Shown here piece after piece: positions 10,956-21,664 of a DNA stretch of 64,000 nucleotides. A program made the translations under genes and the position numbers. This DNA is from Cyanophyceae cyanobacterium. Lineage in GTDB: Bacteria; Cyanobacteriota; Cyanobacteriia; Cyanobacteriales; Laspinemataceae. Each line of letters opens with the position of its first letter. The first letter of the stretch is position 1. The notes beneath the pieces are model-generated. The model saw only the letters and a program-made list of their open reading frames with translations, did not search any database and had not been told where the DNA came from. Location: positions 21,365 through 85,364 of the forward strand of contig JBBQFN010000023.1 in assembly GCA_038321985.1 (NCBI GenBank), written 5' to 3'.

Positions 10956-11072
10956 GCTAATTATACCAAATGCGGTGCAATTTATATAAATATCTTCATT
11001 TCCCGGGATAAAAACCCTGTCGCCGGTACTATTCTCCCCATAAACCGCGCAATATCTTTGCTAATTATACCA
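10956..11072 (-). promoter_or_regulatory. Two identical extended -10 boxes (TGGTATAATTAGC)
   Basis: GCTAATTATACCA at 10956-10968 and 11060-11072 reads TG-G-TATAAT on the minus strand. Confidence 0.6.
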
Positions 11073-11207
11073 GGATGAGGATTTTTTGCAAGGACCGCGA
11101 TCGCTTAAATACTGAAAATATCTCACTCCGGTTGAGGGTTGGCGATCGCTGCGTTATCCCCTGAAACCTCCGAAGATATAAATATAGTATTCCAGGAGAA
11201 AACTCCC

Positions 11208-11666
11208 ATGAAAACCACCCTTTTAAAAATCGCTGCATTTTCTATCACTCTACTCTGTGCCACCCCTGCTATCGCACAAAATACCGCCCAAATCCAGCAA
11301 TTAATCGAAACCAATCTCTGTGCCGCTTGTAACCTCGCTGACGCTGACTTAAGGGGCGAACATCTCATTGGTGCCGATTTACGAAATGCTAACCTCTCCG
11401 GTGCCAATCTCCAAGACGTCAACCTCGAAGGTGCTGATCTGACGGGGGCAAATTTACAAGGTGCGAATCTTACTGGGGCCTTTATCAACAGTGCCACCTT
11501 AACCCGTACCAATCTGGAAGGGGTAAATCTAACCGATGCCAATCTCTCCTTTGCCAATCTTACCGATGCTAACTTAACTGCCGCCGATTTATCCAATATC
11601 AATTTAATCGGTGCCAACCTTCAAGATACGGTAATGCCCAAGGAAATGTTAGGATTTGCTCCTTAA
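11208..11666 (+). CDS. Secreted/lumenal pentapeptide repeat protein
   Basis: Signal peptide (PAIA), QQLIETNLCAACNL then A(D/N)Lxx repeats; AGGAG upstream of ATG 11208. Confidence 0.95.
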   Translation: MKTTLLKIAAFSITLLCATPAIAQNTAQIQQLIETNLCAACNLADADLRGEHLIGADLRNANLSGANLQDVNLEGADLTGANLQGANLTGAFINSATLTRTNLEGVNLTDANLSFANLTDANLTAADLSNINLIGANLQDTVMPKEMLGFAP

Positions 11667-11766
11667 TAGGGTCCTTCTGCTAGTTTTCCTCAAAAATAGC
11701 TGGGGTTATCCCCATGCCGCAGGTATTCGAGCAACCGTTATCGACCCCATGCCAGACCCCCAATCA

Positions 11767-11800
11767 AAAGCGCGATCGCCGCTGGGGTGCGATCGCGCTC
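11767..11800. terminator. Hairpin built from two HIP1 sites between convergent genes
   Basis: AGCGCGATCGC...GCGATCGCGCT. Confidence 0.5.
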
Positions 11801-11858
11801 TACACTTTACACTTTTGTTTATTATTTTATTGGTTCAGCTAAAAGAGCAGGTTTCCTG

Positions 11859-12632
11859 CTATTCAGCGCCACCCATCAACTTCTTGAGCGAAGTTAGACC
11901 TTTTTTAACCCGACGAGACACCGTTACCGAACTAATCCCCATCCGTTCCGCTGTTTCTTTCTGAGTCAAATCATGCAGGAATACGAACTCTAAAACATTG
12001 CGAGTCCCTTCCTCTAATTTTCCTAGGGCCAATTGCAAGCGAATTTGGTCTTCCTGGGCTAGCTGAAAACTGCGATACCCCGCATCGGGCACTAATTCCC
12101 CAAGGGATGCTGCGCCTTCTTCATCATCCTGAACTGGAGCATCCAAACTCAGGGGGGCTCGGTTGCGACAGGCGAGTTTAATTTCTTGCCATTCCGTTAC
12201 GGGAATATGTAAGGCAGATGCCACTTCCATATCCGATGGATGGCGATTTAGACTTTGTTGCAGTTTTTGAATTTCCTTAGTTGCCTGTCTTTGCAGGGTC
12301 AACCAATGGCGCGGAATCCGTACTGATGGACTTTTATCACGCAGATAGTGCTGAATTTCCCCTCTAATGTAGGGGACAGCAAAGGAACTAAACGCGTGTC
12401 CCTTGGACATATCAAATCGTTCGATCGCCCGAATTAAGCCCAAGCATCCCACTTGCAGGAGGTCATCATAGGTTTCCGTGCACTGTTGCATCCAGTGATG
12501 GACCTCTTTGCGAACTAGCCCTATATTCAGTTGGACGATTTGATTCCTGAGTTTCGTTGTTGGAGAGGTTTGGTATTCTCGAAGGAGTTCCAAACTCTCA
12601 CTCTTGAGTTCTTTACTGACTGTTGTAAGCAT
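11859..12632 (-). CDS. sigF: RNA polymerase sigma factor SigF
   Basis: LNIGLVRKEVHHW, DLLQVGCLGLIRAIERFD, GEIQHYLRD, QEDQIRL, region 4 LTQKETAERMGIS. Confidence 0.93.
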   Translation of the reverse strand: MLTTVSKELKSESLELLREYQTSPTTKLRNQIVQLNIGLVRKEVHHWMQQCTETYDDLLQVGCLGLIRAIERFDMSKGHAFSSFAVPYIRGEIQHYLRDKSPSVRIPRHWLTLQRQATKEIQKLQQSLNRHPSDMEVASALHIPVTEWQEIKLACRNRAPLSLDAPVQDDEEGAASLGELVPDAGYRSFQLAQEDQIRLQLALGKLEEGTRNVLEFVFLHDLTQKETAERMGISSVTVSRRVKKGLTSLKKLMGGAE

Positions 12633-13284
12633 TTTGACACCCCGGTAGGTCGCTCCCTAGCTCAGTATCGTACAGATTGTTGGTAGCCGCAGTGATCTCT
12701 AACACAGAGTTTTTACTGACTTGATTCCCCTGCCTGGTTCGGGGTCCCCCGGAGTTATCCCTAACTCTCGGAAAATCCTTTAGTCTGGCTGGGACTGAGA
12801 AGGTGGTTTTAAAAACAACGAGAAACTGAGTATGGATTTATTATTCCCCTTCGGGGTGTTCATCCAACATTCAGTGCGCTCTCATCCTTCCTAAAAACTG
12901 CGATCGGGCAATTTTACTCAGTGAATCGGTTAGTACCCCTGCTGGATAACTATACGGCTGCTGCTGTTTATGTTTCTGGCTAAAAGATATTCTAACTTTT
13001 TTTTGGTTCATGGCAATAGCCACAATCATCACTATACCTGATCAGTCACCCTCGTTCGGGTAAAGATTCCGTAAAGATTTAGGGAGTCTGATTTAAGCGG
13101 GTTGGATCCACCTTTGTGATCAAATGCTGAAGTTTCTTAACAGAATGTTTAAAATTAGTGTCAATCTGGAAGTGCAAATGGTAAATTAACACAGAGCACC
13201 GATTGGGGGAGGATGACGATCGCCCCCGCTTCCGCTAAAAATTACATAAACCGATATTAGTTAATTAAGGAGCTGCGAACGATC

Positions 13285-13845
13285 GTGAGCCAATCAGAAA
13301 CCCCAAGCCTACATTCCCTACAGGCGGAAGTGTCTCAACTGCGCGAAGAGTTGCAGATGCGAGACCAGCTTGTTGAACAACTTTCCCAAGAACTGTTTCG
13401 GTTAGTCAAGGGTAATAACAACCTGTTACCGGCTGCTCAGGATGTCCCCGAGGAATACCTGGCTCAAATGCGGTCCTTGCGCGAACAAATGCAAGGGGTT
13501 GAGGAGCAGGTAACCTTTTACCAAGAGCAGATCGCTCAAAAGGATGGGGAAGTTTATCATCTGCGCCAATCTGTCCAGGAATTGACCGATCGCGCTCGGA
13601 TGCTCGAACAGGTAGTTCAGGAGTTGCCGGAAATTTATCGCCAGAAGTTTGCCGATCGCATGGAAGAGGTCAAAGACAAGGTGGAACGGCTACAACGGGA
13701 AAACCGTCAGCTTCACGCCGAACTCCAAAGCGTCAGCTATCGGTTAGCGGTTAGAGGCAAGCGTAATAAAAATGGACGCCTGGAGTTGCCTACCATTTCT
13801 GGAGAAGGCGGCGATATCAGTCTACCGTCTTTGGGTAATGCCTAG
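13285..13845 (+). CDS. Conserved cyanobacterial coiled-coil protein (Npun_F5560-like)
   Basis: RDQLVEQLSQELFRLVKGN and HAELQSVSYRLA; AAGGAG RBS, GTG start. Confidence 0.8.
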   Translation: MSQSETPSLHSLQAEVSQLREELQMRDQLVEQLSQELFRLVKGNNNLLPAAQDVPEEYLAQMRSLREQMQGVEEQVTFYQEQIAQKDGEVYHLRQSVQELTDRARMLEQVVQELPEIYRQKFADRMEEVKDKVERLQRENRQLHAELQSVSYRLAVRGKRNKNGRLELPTISGEGGDISLPSLGNA

Positions 13846-14560
13846 GGTCTGTATTGTTGTGGATGAAGCGTCAGCAAAGGAGTTTCCTGGTGCTGACGCC
13901 CAGGCGATCGCCCAGATGGTGGAAGCCTTCCAACGAGCGATCGCCCAAACCCATCCGGATTGTGAGGTCAAGGTTGCTTTTACTTCTCACTTAAACACCC
14001 TACTGGCATTAAAAAGTGAGGTGCCGGTCTACCCGTTGACCCTAAATATCTCCGATTCTGTAACCGGGGACCGTCAGGACCTCTATCGGGCTTGTCGAGA
14101 TATAGAAGGGTTGCGTACCGTGGTAGAGGAAAAATGGCAGGTTAAACCAGGAATCGGTAACTTTTGGCTACCCGTCGTACTCACAGCAAAAGGACCGATT
14201 TATGGAGAGGCGATCGGCTTCTCAGATACCCAGCAACCGGAGCGGGAAGAAATAGCCCACTCCTACAACCAGCCGGTGCATCTTCCTGACCGTTGGCGAC
14301 AACCGATTTATGCCCTGGGGCGACGTCTGCTACACTGGCTAGACGCTCCACCGGCTACTTATTTAATTCAGTTTGGATGGAGTGAGGATACTCTGTGTTT
14401 CGATCGCCTGTGGCCGTTTCCAGGCATTCCGGCTCTGGCTAGTTTAGGCGTTCAAAAACCCGACCTGTTTACCTGTCATTGGTACTGTTTGACCGGGCAA
14501 CCAATTTATGACCTCACTATAGTTCCAAGTCAAAAGTCAAATGATTTAAGTGAGAAATAG
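13838..14560 (+). CDS. Conserved cyanobacterial hypothetical protein (possible degenerate ATP-grasp)
   Basis: WLPVVLTAKGPIYGEAIG, FDRLWPFP, QKPDLFTCHW; start overlaps the end of the upstream gene. Confidence 0.7.
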   Translation: MPRVCIVVDEASAKEFPGADAQAIAQMVEAFQRAIAQTHPDCEVKVAFTSHLNTLLALKSEVPVYPLTLNISDSVTGDRQDLYRACRDIEGLRTVVEEKWQVKPGIGNFWLPVVLTAKGPIYGEAIGFSDTQQPEREEIAHSYNQPVHLPDRWRQPIYALGRRLLHWLDAPPATYLIQFGWSEDTLCFDRLWPFPGIPALASLGVQKPDLFTCHWYCLTGQPIYDLTIVPSQKSNDLSEK

Positions 14561-14658
14561 TAGAAAGTGACCGGCAATCGAGACGGAAAAAATTCCCCGA
14601 TAGGCGTCGGTTAAAAGAGCCAGACAGATGACACCCAGATAGCTAAAACAGCAAAGAT

Positions 14659-15021
14659 TTAGGCCGCAGCCAGATCAGAAGTAGAAGTAGAGGAGGACAA
14701 CTCCGAAGCGATCGCCTCTTCCTGGGTATCAAAGATCTCAAAAATGCGATCGAGTTGGGTAATTTCAAAAATGACACGTACCGGGCTTTTGAGGTGGTAG
14801 ATCGTGAGGCGGGAGCCATGTTGTTTAGCGGTTCGGAGTGCCGAAACCAGGGTAAATAATCCCGAACTATCAATCAAATCAACCTGACTCATGTCAATCG
14901 TGAGTAACGTCCCGCGATCGCATTCCGTGACGGCTTGTTCGATTGCCGCGAGGGTTACCGCATCTAAAGAGGTTTGCGGCCGAAATACAATAGGCTGGTG
15001 GACTGCTTGTGAGGACGTCAT
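14659..15021 (-). CDS. STAS-domain anti-sigma factor antagonist
   Basis: IDMSQVDLIDSSGL (phospho-Ser motif), IFEITQLDRIF. Confidence 0.92.
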   Translation of the reverse strand: MTSSQAVHQPIVFRPQTSLDAVTLAAIEQAVTECDRGTLLTIDMSQVDLIDSSGLFTLVSALRTAKQHGSRLTIYHLKSPVRVIFEITQLDRIFEIFDTQEEAIASELSSSTSTSDLAAA

Positions 15022-15449
15022 AAAGTTTCACCTCAAAAAATATCTTAATCTGGACTTGCTAACAAACACGCACTGACATAGACCAGCACCGTATTTGTTC
15101 CAGCATCGTCCCAATTCCCTACCCGAGGGTTGTCACCCGTCACCACTGGATTGTGAACTTAATCACTCCAAAGGCTACAGTGACCAATGCTGGCTATATA
15201 TGAAGGTAATTTTACTCTACCTACTTAATCCTTAGAGGTAGCGTAGTACACTTTTTTAGAATTTAATATAACTAACTTGTTTTTTGATAACTTAAAAAGA
15301 TAGAACATTGACCCGATTTCTGGGAGCGATCGCCAGGAAATCAACAGTCCGGTTAATGAATTAAAGCAGACAAGATTTAGATACGACCGAGGGCAAAAGG
15401 CAAAAGATAACCCGATTCTTTTGCCTTCTTACCATTTTAAAGGTGTAGA

Positions 15450-16655
15450 TTAGCTGCCTCTAACCTTTTCAGACCAAATCCGAGTCGGCAGACCCCAGAC
15501 ATAGATAAACCCTTCCGCTGCCTTATGGTCGAAAGTATCATCAGTCCCATAAGTCGCCAGATCGGGGGCATAGAGAGACTCCTCCGACTTGCGCCCGACA
15601 ATCGCCGCATTCCCCTTGAACAGTTTAATCCGGACCGTGCCAGAGACTCGCTCTTGAGTCTTTTCAATGAAAGCATCCAGGGCCGCTTTGAGGGGACTGT
15701 ACCACTGACCGTTGTAAACCATTTGGCTATAGGTTTCTTCGATGCCCCGCTTATATTGGGTGACATCTTTCGTGAGGGTGAGACTTTCAATATCTCGGTG
15801 AGCCTGAATCAGGACCAGGAGTGCAGGAGACTCGTAGATTTCCCGAGACTTAATCCCCACTAGACGATTTTCGATCATATCGATGCGCCCGACCCCATGA
15901 CGACCTACCACCTCATTTAACTCCGTAATCAGTGCCACCGGAGAAAGGGCCTTGCCATTGACGCGGGTGGGGAGACCTCGCTCAAAAGTGATTTCGACGT
16001 ATTCGGGTTCGTCTGGAGTATCCGCGATCGCCTTCGTCATCACATAAATTTCTTCCTCCGGTTCCGTCCAGGGGTCTTCCAGGGGGCCCGCTTCCACACT
16101 GCGTCCCAAAAGATTGCGGTCAATACTGTAGGGAGAAGACTTTTTCACCGGAGTCGGAATGCCAAACTTTTCGCCATAGGCAATAGTTTCTTCCCGACTC
16201 ATGCCCCATTCCCGTGCAGGTGCGAGGACTTTGATATTGGGGTTGAGCGCGGCGATCGACACATCGAAGCGCACCTGGTCATTCCCCTTCCCGGTACAGC
16301 CATGCGCCACCGCATCAGCCCCGTATTTTTGCGCCGCCTCCACTAGAATTTTGGCAATTAACGGTCTAGCCAGTGCCGTTCCCAGGGGATAACGGTTTTC
16401 ATATAGGGCATTTGCTTGAATGGCTGGAAAGGCATAATCTCTGACAAAGATTTCCGTTACGTCTTCCACCAGGGAAATACTGGCACCGGAGGTTAGAGCC
16501 TTTTCCTTAATTGGGCCCAGTTCTTCTCCTTGTCCCAAATCTGCCGCTAGGGTAATCACGTCTTCAACGCCCCACTCTTCTTTTAAGTAAGGAATGCAAA
16601 CGGAGGTATCGACTCCTCCGGAATATGCCAAGACGACTTTGGTAGCGCGACCCAT
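15450..16655 (-). CDS. argG: Argininosuccinate synthase
   Basis: [37 protein letters not shown]. Confidence 0.99.
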   Translation of the reverse strand: MGRATKVVLAYSGGVDTSVCIPYLKEEWGVEDVITLAADLGQGEELGPIKEKALTSGASISLVEDVTEIFVRDYAFPAIQANALYENRYPLGTALARPLIAKILVEAAQKYGADAVAHGCTGKGNDQVRFDVSIAALNPNIKVLAPAREWGMSREETIAYGEKFGIPTPVKKSSPYSIDRNLLGRSVEAGPLEDPWTEPEEEIYVMTKAIADTPDEPEYVEITFERGLPTRVNGKALSPVALITELNEVVGRHGVGRIDMIENRLVGIKSREIYESPALLVLIQAHRDIESLTLTKDVTQYKRGIEETYSQMVYNGQWYSPLKAALDAFIEKTQERVSGTVRIKLFKGNAAIVGRKSEESLYAPDLATYGTDDTFDHKAAEGFIYVWGLPTRIWSEKVRGS

Positions 16656-16980
16656 TACTTTTTCCTTCTACTGCAATACCGATCAACTGTTTATTATTAA
16701 CCAAATTCTCAGGATTTAATAGCCTTTTTGTCAGGGATTCCCTAGATTTGTGGGGGAAGATTTGGGATTTTAGAGGTTAAATTTTAGGGGTTAGGGTTTA
16801 AGTTTTATAGGGGGGATTGAGAATTGGGGAAAATTGGGTGACTCAAGGGGGTAAAAATTAGGAGGAGATGGGTTACCCAGCAGCAGGGGATGGAAGTTCC
16901 CGGGGTCTGTAAGCCCCAGAAAAGGCGATCGCCCTAGAGTCTACCAGAAAGAGGGCATCTCCACGGCCTAGATCTAGCTC

Positions 16981-17187
16981 TAGGGCGTCTAAACCATTCG
17001 GATCACAGAATTTGAGGAGTAGGAGCATGGGATCTCGCGATGAAGACTCAGGAGATCCGATACTCCTAACTCTTGGGGAAAAATTGTCTAATTCCTCCTA
17101 ACGCCCAACATTCGCACAGGCGAACGATGTGCGGCATTCCCAGATTCTCGGGCTTGTATCCATTCTCAGAATGATTTAGACGCGCTA
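16981..17187. mobile_element. Candidate MITE (non-coding, 22-bp imperfect terminal inverted repeats bounded by TA)
   Basis: Left TAGGGCGTCTAAACCATTCGGA, right TCAGAATGATTTAGACGCGCTA (19/22 complementary); internal hairpin at ~17017-17072. Confidence 0.5.
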
Positions 17188-17250
17188 TATAATCCACTTA
17201 TCTTTAGAGGCCCATTTCCCGGGAAGGGGTAAAAAAGGACTTCATTTAAA

Positions 17251-17646
17251 TCACGTACTTTCCTTGTTAGTTTGATATATTTCAGCCGCCTTTTGAACGA
17301 TCGCCTTGAGGTCCTGAGTATCAAAAGGCTTGCTGATGCATTTAAAAACATTGGCTTTATTCATATCTTCCGAGGCTTCTAGGGCATCCTCACTGTACCC
17401 GGTTAACAAAATGCCAATCGTATGGGGAAAGCGGTCTCTGGCCTTACTCAACAATTCTAAACCCGTCATCTCCGGCATACTCTGATCAGAAATAATCACT
17501 GCCATTTCCCCTTCTGCATCCAGCAGGGCGATCGCACCGAGAGGGCTTTCTGCTCTGTGTACTTGATAATCGCGCCGAAACGTCCTGTAAAGCAAATCCA
17601 GGTTGTCTCGCTCATCATCCACTACCATGAGTTTAAGTTTGGACAT
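17251..17646 (-). CDS. Single-domain response regulator (receiver only)
   Basis: VVDDE, IISDQSMPEMTG, LLTGY, ISKPF. Confidence 0.92.
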   Translation of the reverse strand: MSKLKLMVVDDERDNLDLLYRTFRRDYQVHRAESPLGAIALLDAEGEMAVIISDQSMPEMTGLELLSKARDRFPHTIGILLTGYSEDALEASEDMNKANVFKCISKPFDTQDLKAIVQKAAEIYQTNKEST

Positions 17647-17843
17647 AGATTAAAGTTGCTCCTGCCATCTCTACTTTCCCATTTTATTTGGCTCCCTTGG
17701 AAATCTCGGGGAACCGATCGCGAACGAGAGACCACAGATTGAGTGCACCCTCCCCTTGGCATCTCAGAATATCAGCACTACTGGTCTATCTTTTATTTTT
17801 TTTATTGTACCGGGGAATGCCCAAGGGTTGAGACAGGTCATCA

Positions 17844-17887
17844 GTCGGGTTTTGAGGAACCTTCCGGTAGGTTCCTCAAAACCCGAC
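17844..17887. terminator. Perfect 19-bp hairpin downstream of the DMT gene
   Basis: GTCGGGTTTTGAGGAACCT-TCCGGT-AGGTTCCTCAAAACCCGAC. Confidence 0.65.
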
Positions 17888-17938
17888 GTCTAATCCAGGT
17901 TGCAGCGGGGGTAAACCAGAATTGCCAGTTAAACCTGA

Positions 17939-18802
17939 TTAAAACAACGTCATGAATGCAACTCCCAACAACATCGTTGTTGCACCCCAGAAGCGATCGC
18001 GAATCCCCGGTTCCTGGAACAGGAGTTTCCCCCACAACACCCCCATCAGAACACTGGTACGTTTAACGGCAATTACCTGAACCACCAAAGTGAGTTTCAA
18101 CGCCTGCATTTGAAACAGCACTGCCACTGCCGTACAGAGTCCCATCAGACTTAACCCCAGCCAGTGTTTGAAAATCTGACCCCCGGGGTCCTTGGACTGG
18201 GAGAATAGCCAGGGAAATTGCAACAAGGCGATCGCTGAAAACACGGCAAAACTCCAAAATAAGGGAGAAGAATTTTGGACGCCCACCTTATCCACATTAG
18301 AAGTAATGCTCCACAGGAAAGCAACCAGCAACATTAATTTCGGTCCGGGTTCTCTAACCAGAGCCTGAAACGGAGCAAAATATCCGCGCTTTCGGTCTTG
18401 GAGATTTAATAGATAAGACCCACTCACAATCAACAAAATCCCCAACCCATCAGCCCAACTGAGCCATTCCCCGACAATAAGGGGAGAAGAGATTGCCATA
18501 AAGAGGGGAGAAAAGGCAATCATCGGTAAACACAAAGATAAATCCGAGGCACTAATTGCCTTGATATATAACATAAACGCGATCGCATTGAGCACACTGC
18601 CAACCCCTAGGGCAAGCCAAAAGTGACTGCCTAAATCAGGAATTCCCCCCAAGACTTGCACCGGCAATAACACCAACGCCGTAAAAAAAGACCAAGACCA
18701 AGCCACAATGGTCGAATCGATATTTTTAAGAGTTCTTTTTCCTAAAACATCTTTAAGTGACGTAAAAAATGCTGTTGAAATTGCTAAAAAAAACCAGAGC
18801 AT
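17939..18802 (-). CDS. EamA/DMT family transporter
   Basis: About 10 TM helices in two halves; SDLSLCLP, VIAVKRTSVL..LFQE. Confidence 0.9.
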   Translation of the reverse strand: MLWFFLAISTAFFTSLKDVLGKRTLKNIDSTIVAWSWSFFTALVLLPVQVLGGIPDLGSHFWLALGVGSVLNAIAFMLYIKAISASDLSLCLPMIAFSPLFMAISSPLIVGEWLSWADGLGILLIVSGSYLLNLQDRKRGYFAPFQALVREPGPKLMLLVAFLWSITSNVDKVGVQNSSPLFWSFAVFSAIALLQFPWLFSQSKDPGGQIFKHWLGLSLMGLCTAVAVLFQMQALKLTLVVQVIAVKRTSVLMGVLWGKLLFQEPGIRDRFWGATTMLLGVAFMTLF

Positions 18803-18946
18803 AGGGAGTTTAGAGTTTAGGAGTGAAATGGGTGATAAAATCGGTATCCCGGTGCAATCGGTGCCTAACTACAAACCTTCGGATCCAAATACTCCAGTGT
18901 TTGCCACCGCAAAATCCTACACCCTCCTCTAAGGCCTGAAATATCT

Positions 18947-20050
18947 ATGAAACGTAGAAATCTTATCGGTAATGGGGCGATCGGTGCCCTGAGTGCTGCC
19001 GCAGTCGCCTGTAGTCCCGCAGCCCGAGGTCCCGCAGTCTCCCGGGACAGTTTGCCCAAAATTCGGTGGAATATGGCAACCAGTTGGCCCGCCTCCCTGG
19101 ATACCATCTATGGGGGCGCTCGAACCATCGCCCAACGGGTGGCCCAGATGACGGATAACCGATTCGAGATTCGCCCCTATCCAGCCGGGGAACTGGTCCC
19201 CGGATTGCAGGTCCTCGATGCGGTGCAAAGCGGAACCGTCCAATGCGGACATACTGCCAGCTATTATTACATTGGCAAAAATCCAGCCCTCGCCTTTGCC
19301 ACCTCGGTTCCCTTTGGATTAAATGCCCAACAGCAGAATGCGTGGCTGTATCATGGCGGGGGATTAGAAGCCATGCAGAGAGTTTATAGCGATTTCAATA
19401 TTATTAATTTTCCCGCAGGCAATACCGGCGTGCAGATGGGGGGCTGGTTTAAGCGTCAAATTAACAGCGTCCGGGACCTACAGGGGTTAAAAATGCGGAT
19501 TCCGGGATTGGGGGGTCAGGTGATGGAAAAATTGGGGGTCAACGTCCAGGTGTTGCCTGGAGGGGAGATTTTTCTAGCCTTGGAACGGGGGGCCCTTGAT
19601 GCAGCCGAATGGGTAGGTCCTTACGATGACTTGAAATTGGGCTTAAATAAAGCGGCGCAATTTTACTATTATCCAGGGTGGTGGGAACCGGGGCCGACCT
19701 TGGATGTCCTAGTGAACCGCTCGCAGTGGGACCAACTGCCTACAGATTATCAAGAAATTTTCAGAACTGCCGCCTATGAGGCGAATCTGAATATGCTGGC
19801 GCAATATGAAGTGCTCAATCGGGAGGCCCTGGCTACTTTGATAGCTGGAGGGACGCAACTGCTTCCCTACAGTGAGGAAATTATCCAAGCTGCGAAGAAA
19901 GTCACCTTTGAGCTATACGAACAGAGTGCCAGTCAAGATGCAACGTTTCGGGGCATTTATGAACAATGGAATAAGTTTCGAGAGGAAATCTACCCCTGGA
20001 CGGCAATTAGTGAGTTGAGTTATGGCAACTTTGTGATTCCGAAACGGTAA
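18947..20050 (+). CDS. TRAP transporter substrate-binding protein (DctP/TakP-like)
   Basis: Tat KRRNL + AVAC lipobox-like; WNMATSWP, GNTGVQMGGWF, KMRIPG, EWVGPYDD, YYYPGWWEPG. Confidence 0.93.
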   Translation: MKRRNLIGNGAIGALSAAAVACSPAARGPAVSRDSLPKIRWNMATSWPASLDTIYGGARTIAQRVAQMTDNRFEIRPYPAGELVPGLQVLDAVQSGTVQCGHTASYYYIGKNPALAFATSVPFGLNAQQQNAWLYHGGGLEAMQRVYSDFNIINFPAGNTGVQMGGWFKRQINSVRDLQGLKMRIPGLGGQVMEKLGVNVQVLPGGEIFLALERGALDAAEWVGPYDDLKLGLNKAAQFYYYPGWWEPGPTLDVLVNRSQWDQLPTDYQEIFRTAAYEANLNMLAQYEVLNREALATLIAGGTQLLPYSEEIIQAAKKVTFELYEQSASQDATFRGIYEQWNKFREEIYPWTAISELSYGNFVIPKR

Positions 20051-20189
20051 AAGTGCCTTCAGTCTTCTCCCAGTTAGACCGAGAGGGGACCCGAGAAAGA
20101 TGAAAAAAAGGGTGGCGATCGCCTTTAATCCCCTCGGTTCGTTTGTGATTAACGGGTGAATAATAGCCTGTGTAGATACGGGGTATTTA

Positions 20190-21332
20190 ATGGTAAAAAA
20201 TTATGCCTTGGTGCATGAATGGCTGACGCCTCATGCAACTGGGGGTTCAGAACTGGTGGTCCAAGAAATTCTCAATACGGTAGATGCGGATCTGTATGCC
20301 CTGATTGATTTTGAGTCTACCAATCCCGAGAGTTATTTGTTTAAACGGCAGATTGGTTCAACCTTTTTGCAACAGTTTCCGGGGGCGAAAAAGGGAGTTC
20401 AAAAATATTTACCGTTGTTACCCCTGGCGATAGAACAGTTAGATTTGCGTGAGTATCCAGTAATTTTATCCTCGTCTCATGCCGTGGCAAAAGGGGTCCT
20501 GGTGGCACCACATCAGATGCACGTCTGTTACTGCCATACGCCTATGCGCTATGCCTGGGATTTAACCTTTGATTATCTACAGAATAGTCCAGCGGGGCGA
20601 GGATTATCGGGAATTCTGACCCGGTATTTGCTGCATCGATTGCGACAGTGGGATGTGATTTCTGCCAATCGAGTAGATTATTTTATTGCCAATTCACACC
20701 ATACGGCACGACGGATCTGGCGGTGTTATCGGCGAGAGGCGGAGGTGATTTATCCTCCGGTGAATGTGGATCGATTTCGGTTTGAAACTCAGAAGGATGA
20801 TTTTTATTTAACCGTGGCACGCTTGGTACCTTACAAGAAGGTAGGTATGATCGTGCGGGGGTTTAATCGGCTGGGAAAACGGTTGGTTGTGATTGGCACA
20901 GGTGCACAGTTGACGGAAATTCGGGCGATCGCCGGGCCGAATGTGGAGGTGCTTGGGGAACAACCGGATGCGGTGGTAGAGGACTATATGGCACGAGCGA
21001 AGGCGTTTGTTTATGCCGCCTGTGAAGATTTTGGAATTGCCTTAGTGGAAGCTCAAGCCTGTGGGACCCCGGCAGTCGCCTACGGTGCAGGTGGGGCCTT
21101 AGAGACGGTCCTAGATATCCGCAACCATCCCTCCCAGGGGACGGGATTATTATTTGACCAGCAAACGGAAGAGTCGTTAATCGAGGCGGTGGAGAGCTTT
21201 GAGCGCTTGCGATCGCAGTTTAATCCCCAAGCGGGACGGGAACAGGCGGCCCGATTTGCTCCCCAGGTCTTTCAGGAGCGTTACCGCCATTTTCTGGAGC
21301 GCTGTTCTGAAGAATTTCAGGCTAAATCTTGA
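20190..21332 (+). CDS. Glycosyltransferase family 4
   Basis: ALVHEWL..GGSE, YCHTPMRYAWD, EDFGIALVEAQACG. Confidence 0.93.
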   Translation: MVKNYALVHEWLTPHATGGSELVVQEILNTVDADLYALIDFESTNPESYLFKRQIGSTFLQQFPGAKKGVQKYLPLLPLAIEQLDLREYPVILSSSHAVAKGVLVAPHQMHVCYCHTPMRYAWDLTFDYLQNSPAGRGLSGILTRYLLHRLRQWDVISANRVDYFIANSHHTARRIWRCYRREAEVIYPPVNVDRFRFETQKDDFYLTVARLVPYKKVGMIVRGFNRLGKRLVVIGTGAQLTEIRAIAGPNVEVLGEQPDAVVEDYMARAKAFVYAACEDFGIALVEAQACGTPAVAYGAGGALETVLDIRNHPSQGTGLLFDQQTEESLIEAVESFERLRSQFNPQAGREQAARFAPQVFQERYRHFLERCSEEFQAKS

Positions 21333-21664
21333 TAAAAATCAAATTTTATGATATATGGGTAAACAATACTTGCTGGGACCCTAAGTTAGGCGATCGCACC
21401 ACAAAATCAGCCAAAAAATTTGCAATGCTGGGTTCCACCCCATGTAAAAATAATCTGCAATTTGAAATGATTGAGGCGATGAGGGTGTAACAAATTCTCC
21501 TGACGGGAAGTGAATCGGCATGAAGCGCGCAGACTCAGAAGGACAGGCACTTTGAAAGAGCCGGTTTTGTCTGGATGTCTGTGAACTGAACTCTCCAGAC
21601 GCGGTGCAAAACGTCTGAAGGCTTTACAATCAGGACTGTGTGTGGTGTGAATTAAAGGAGTAAG

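Noticed and set aside
11123..11617. 164-aa minus-strand ORF
   Set aside because: Antisense shadow of the pentapeptide repeat gene
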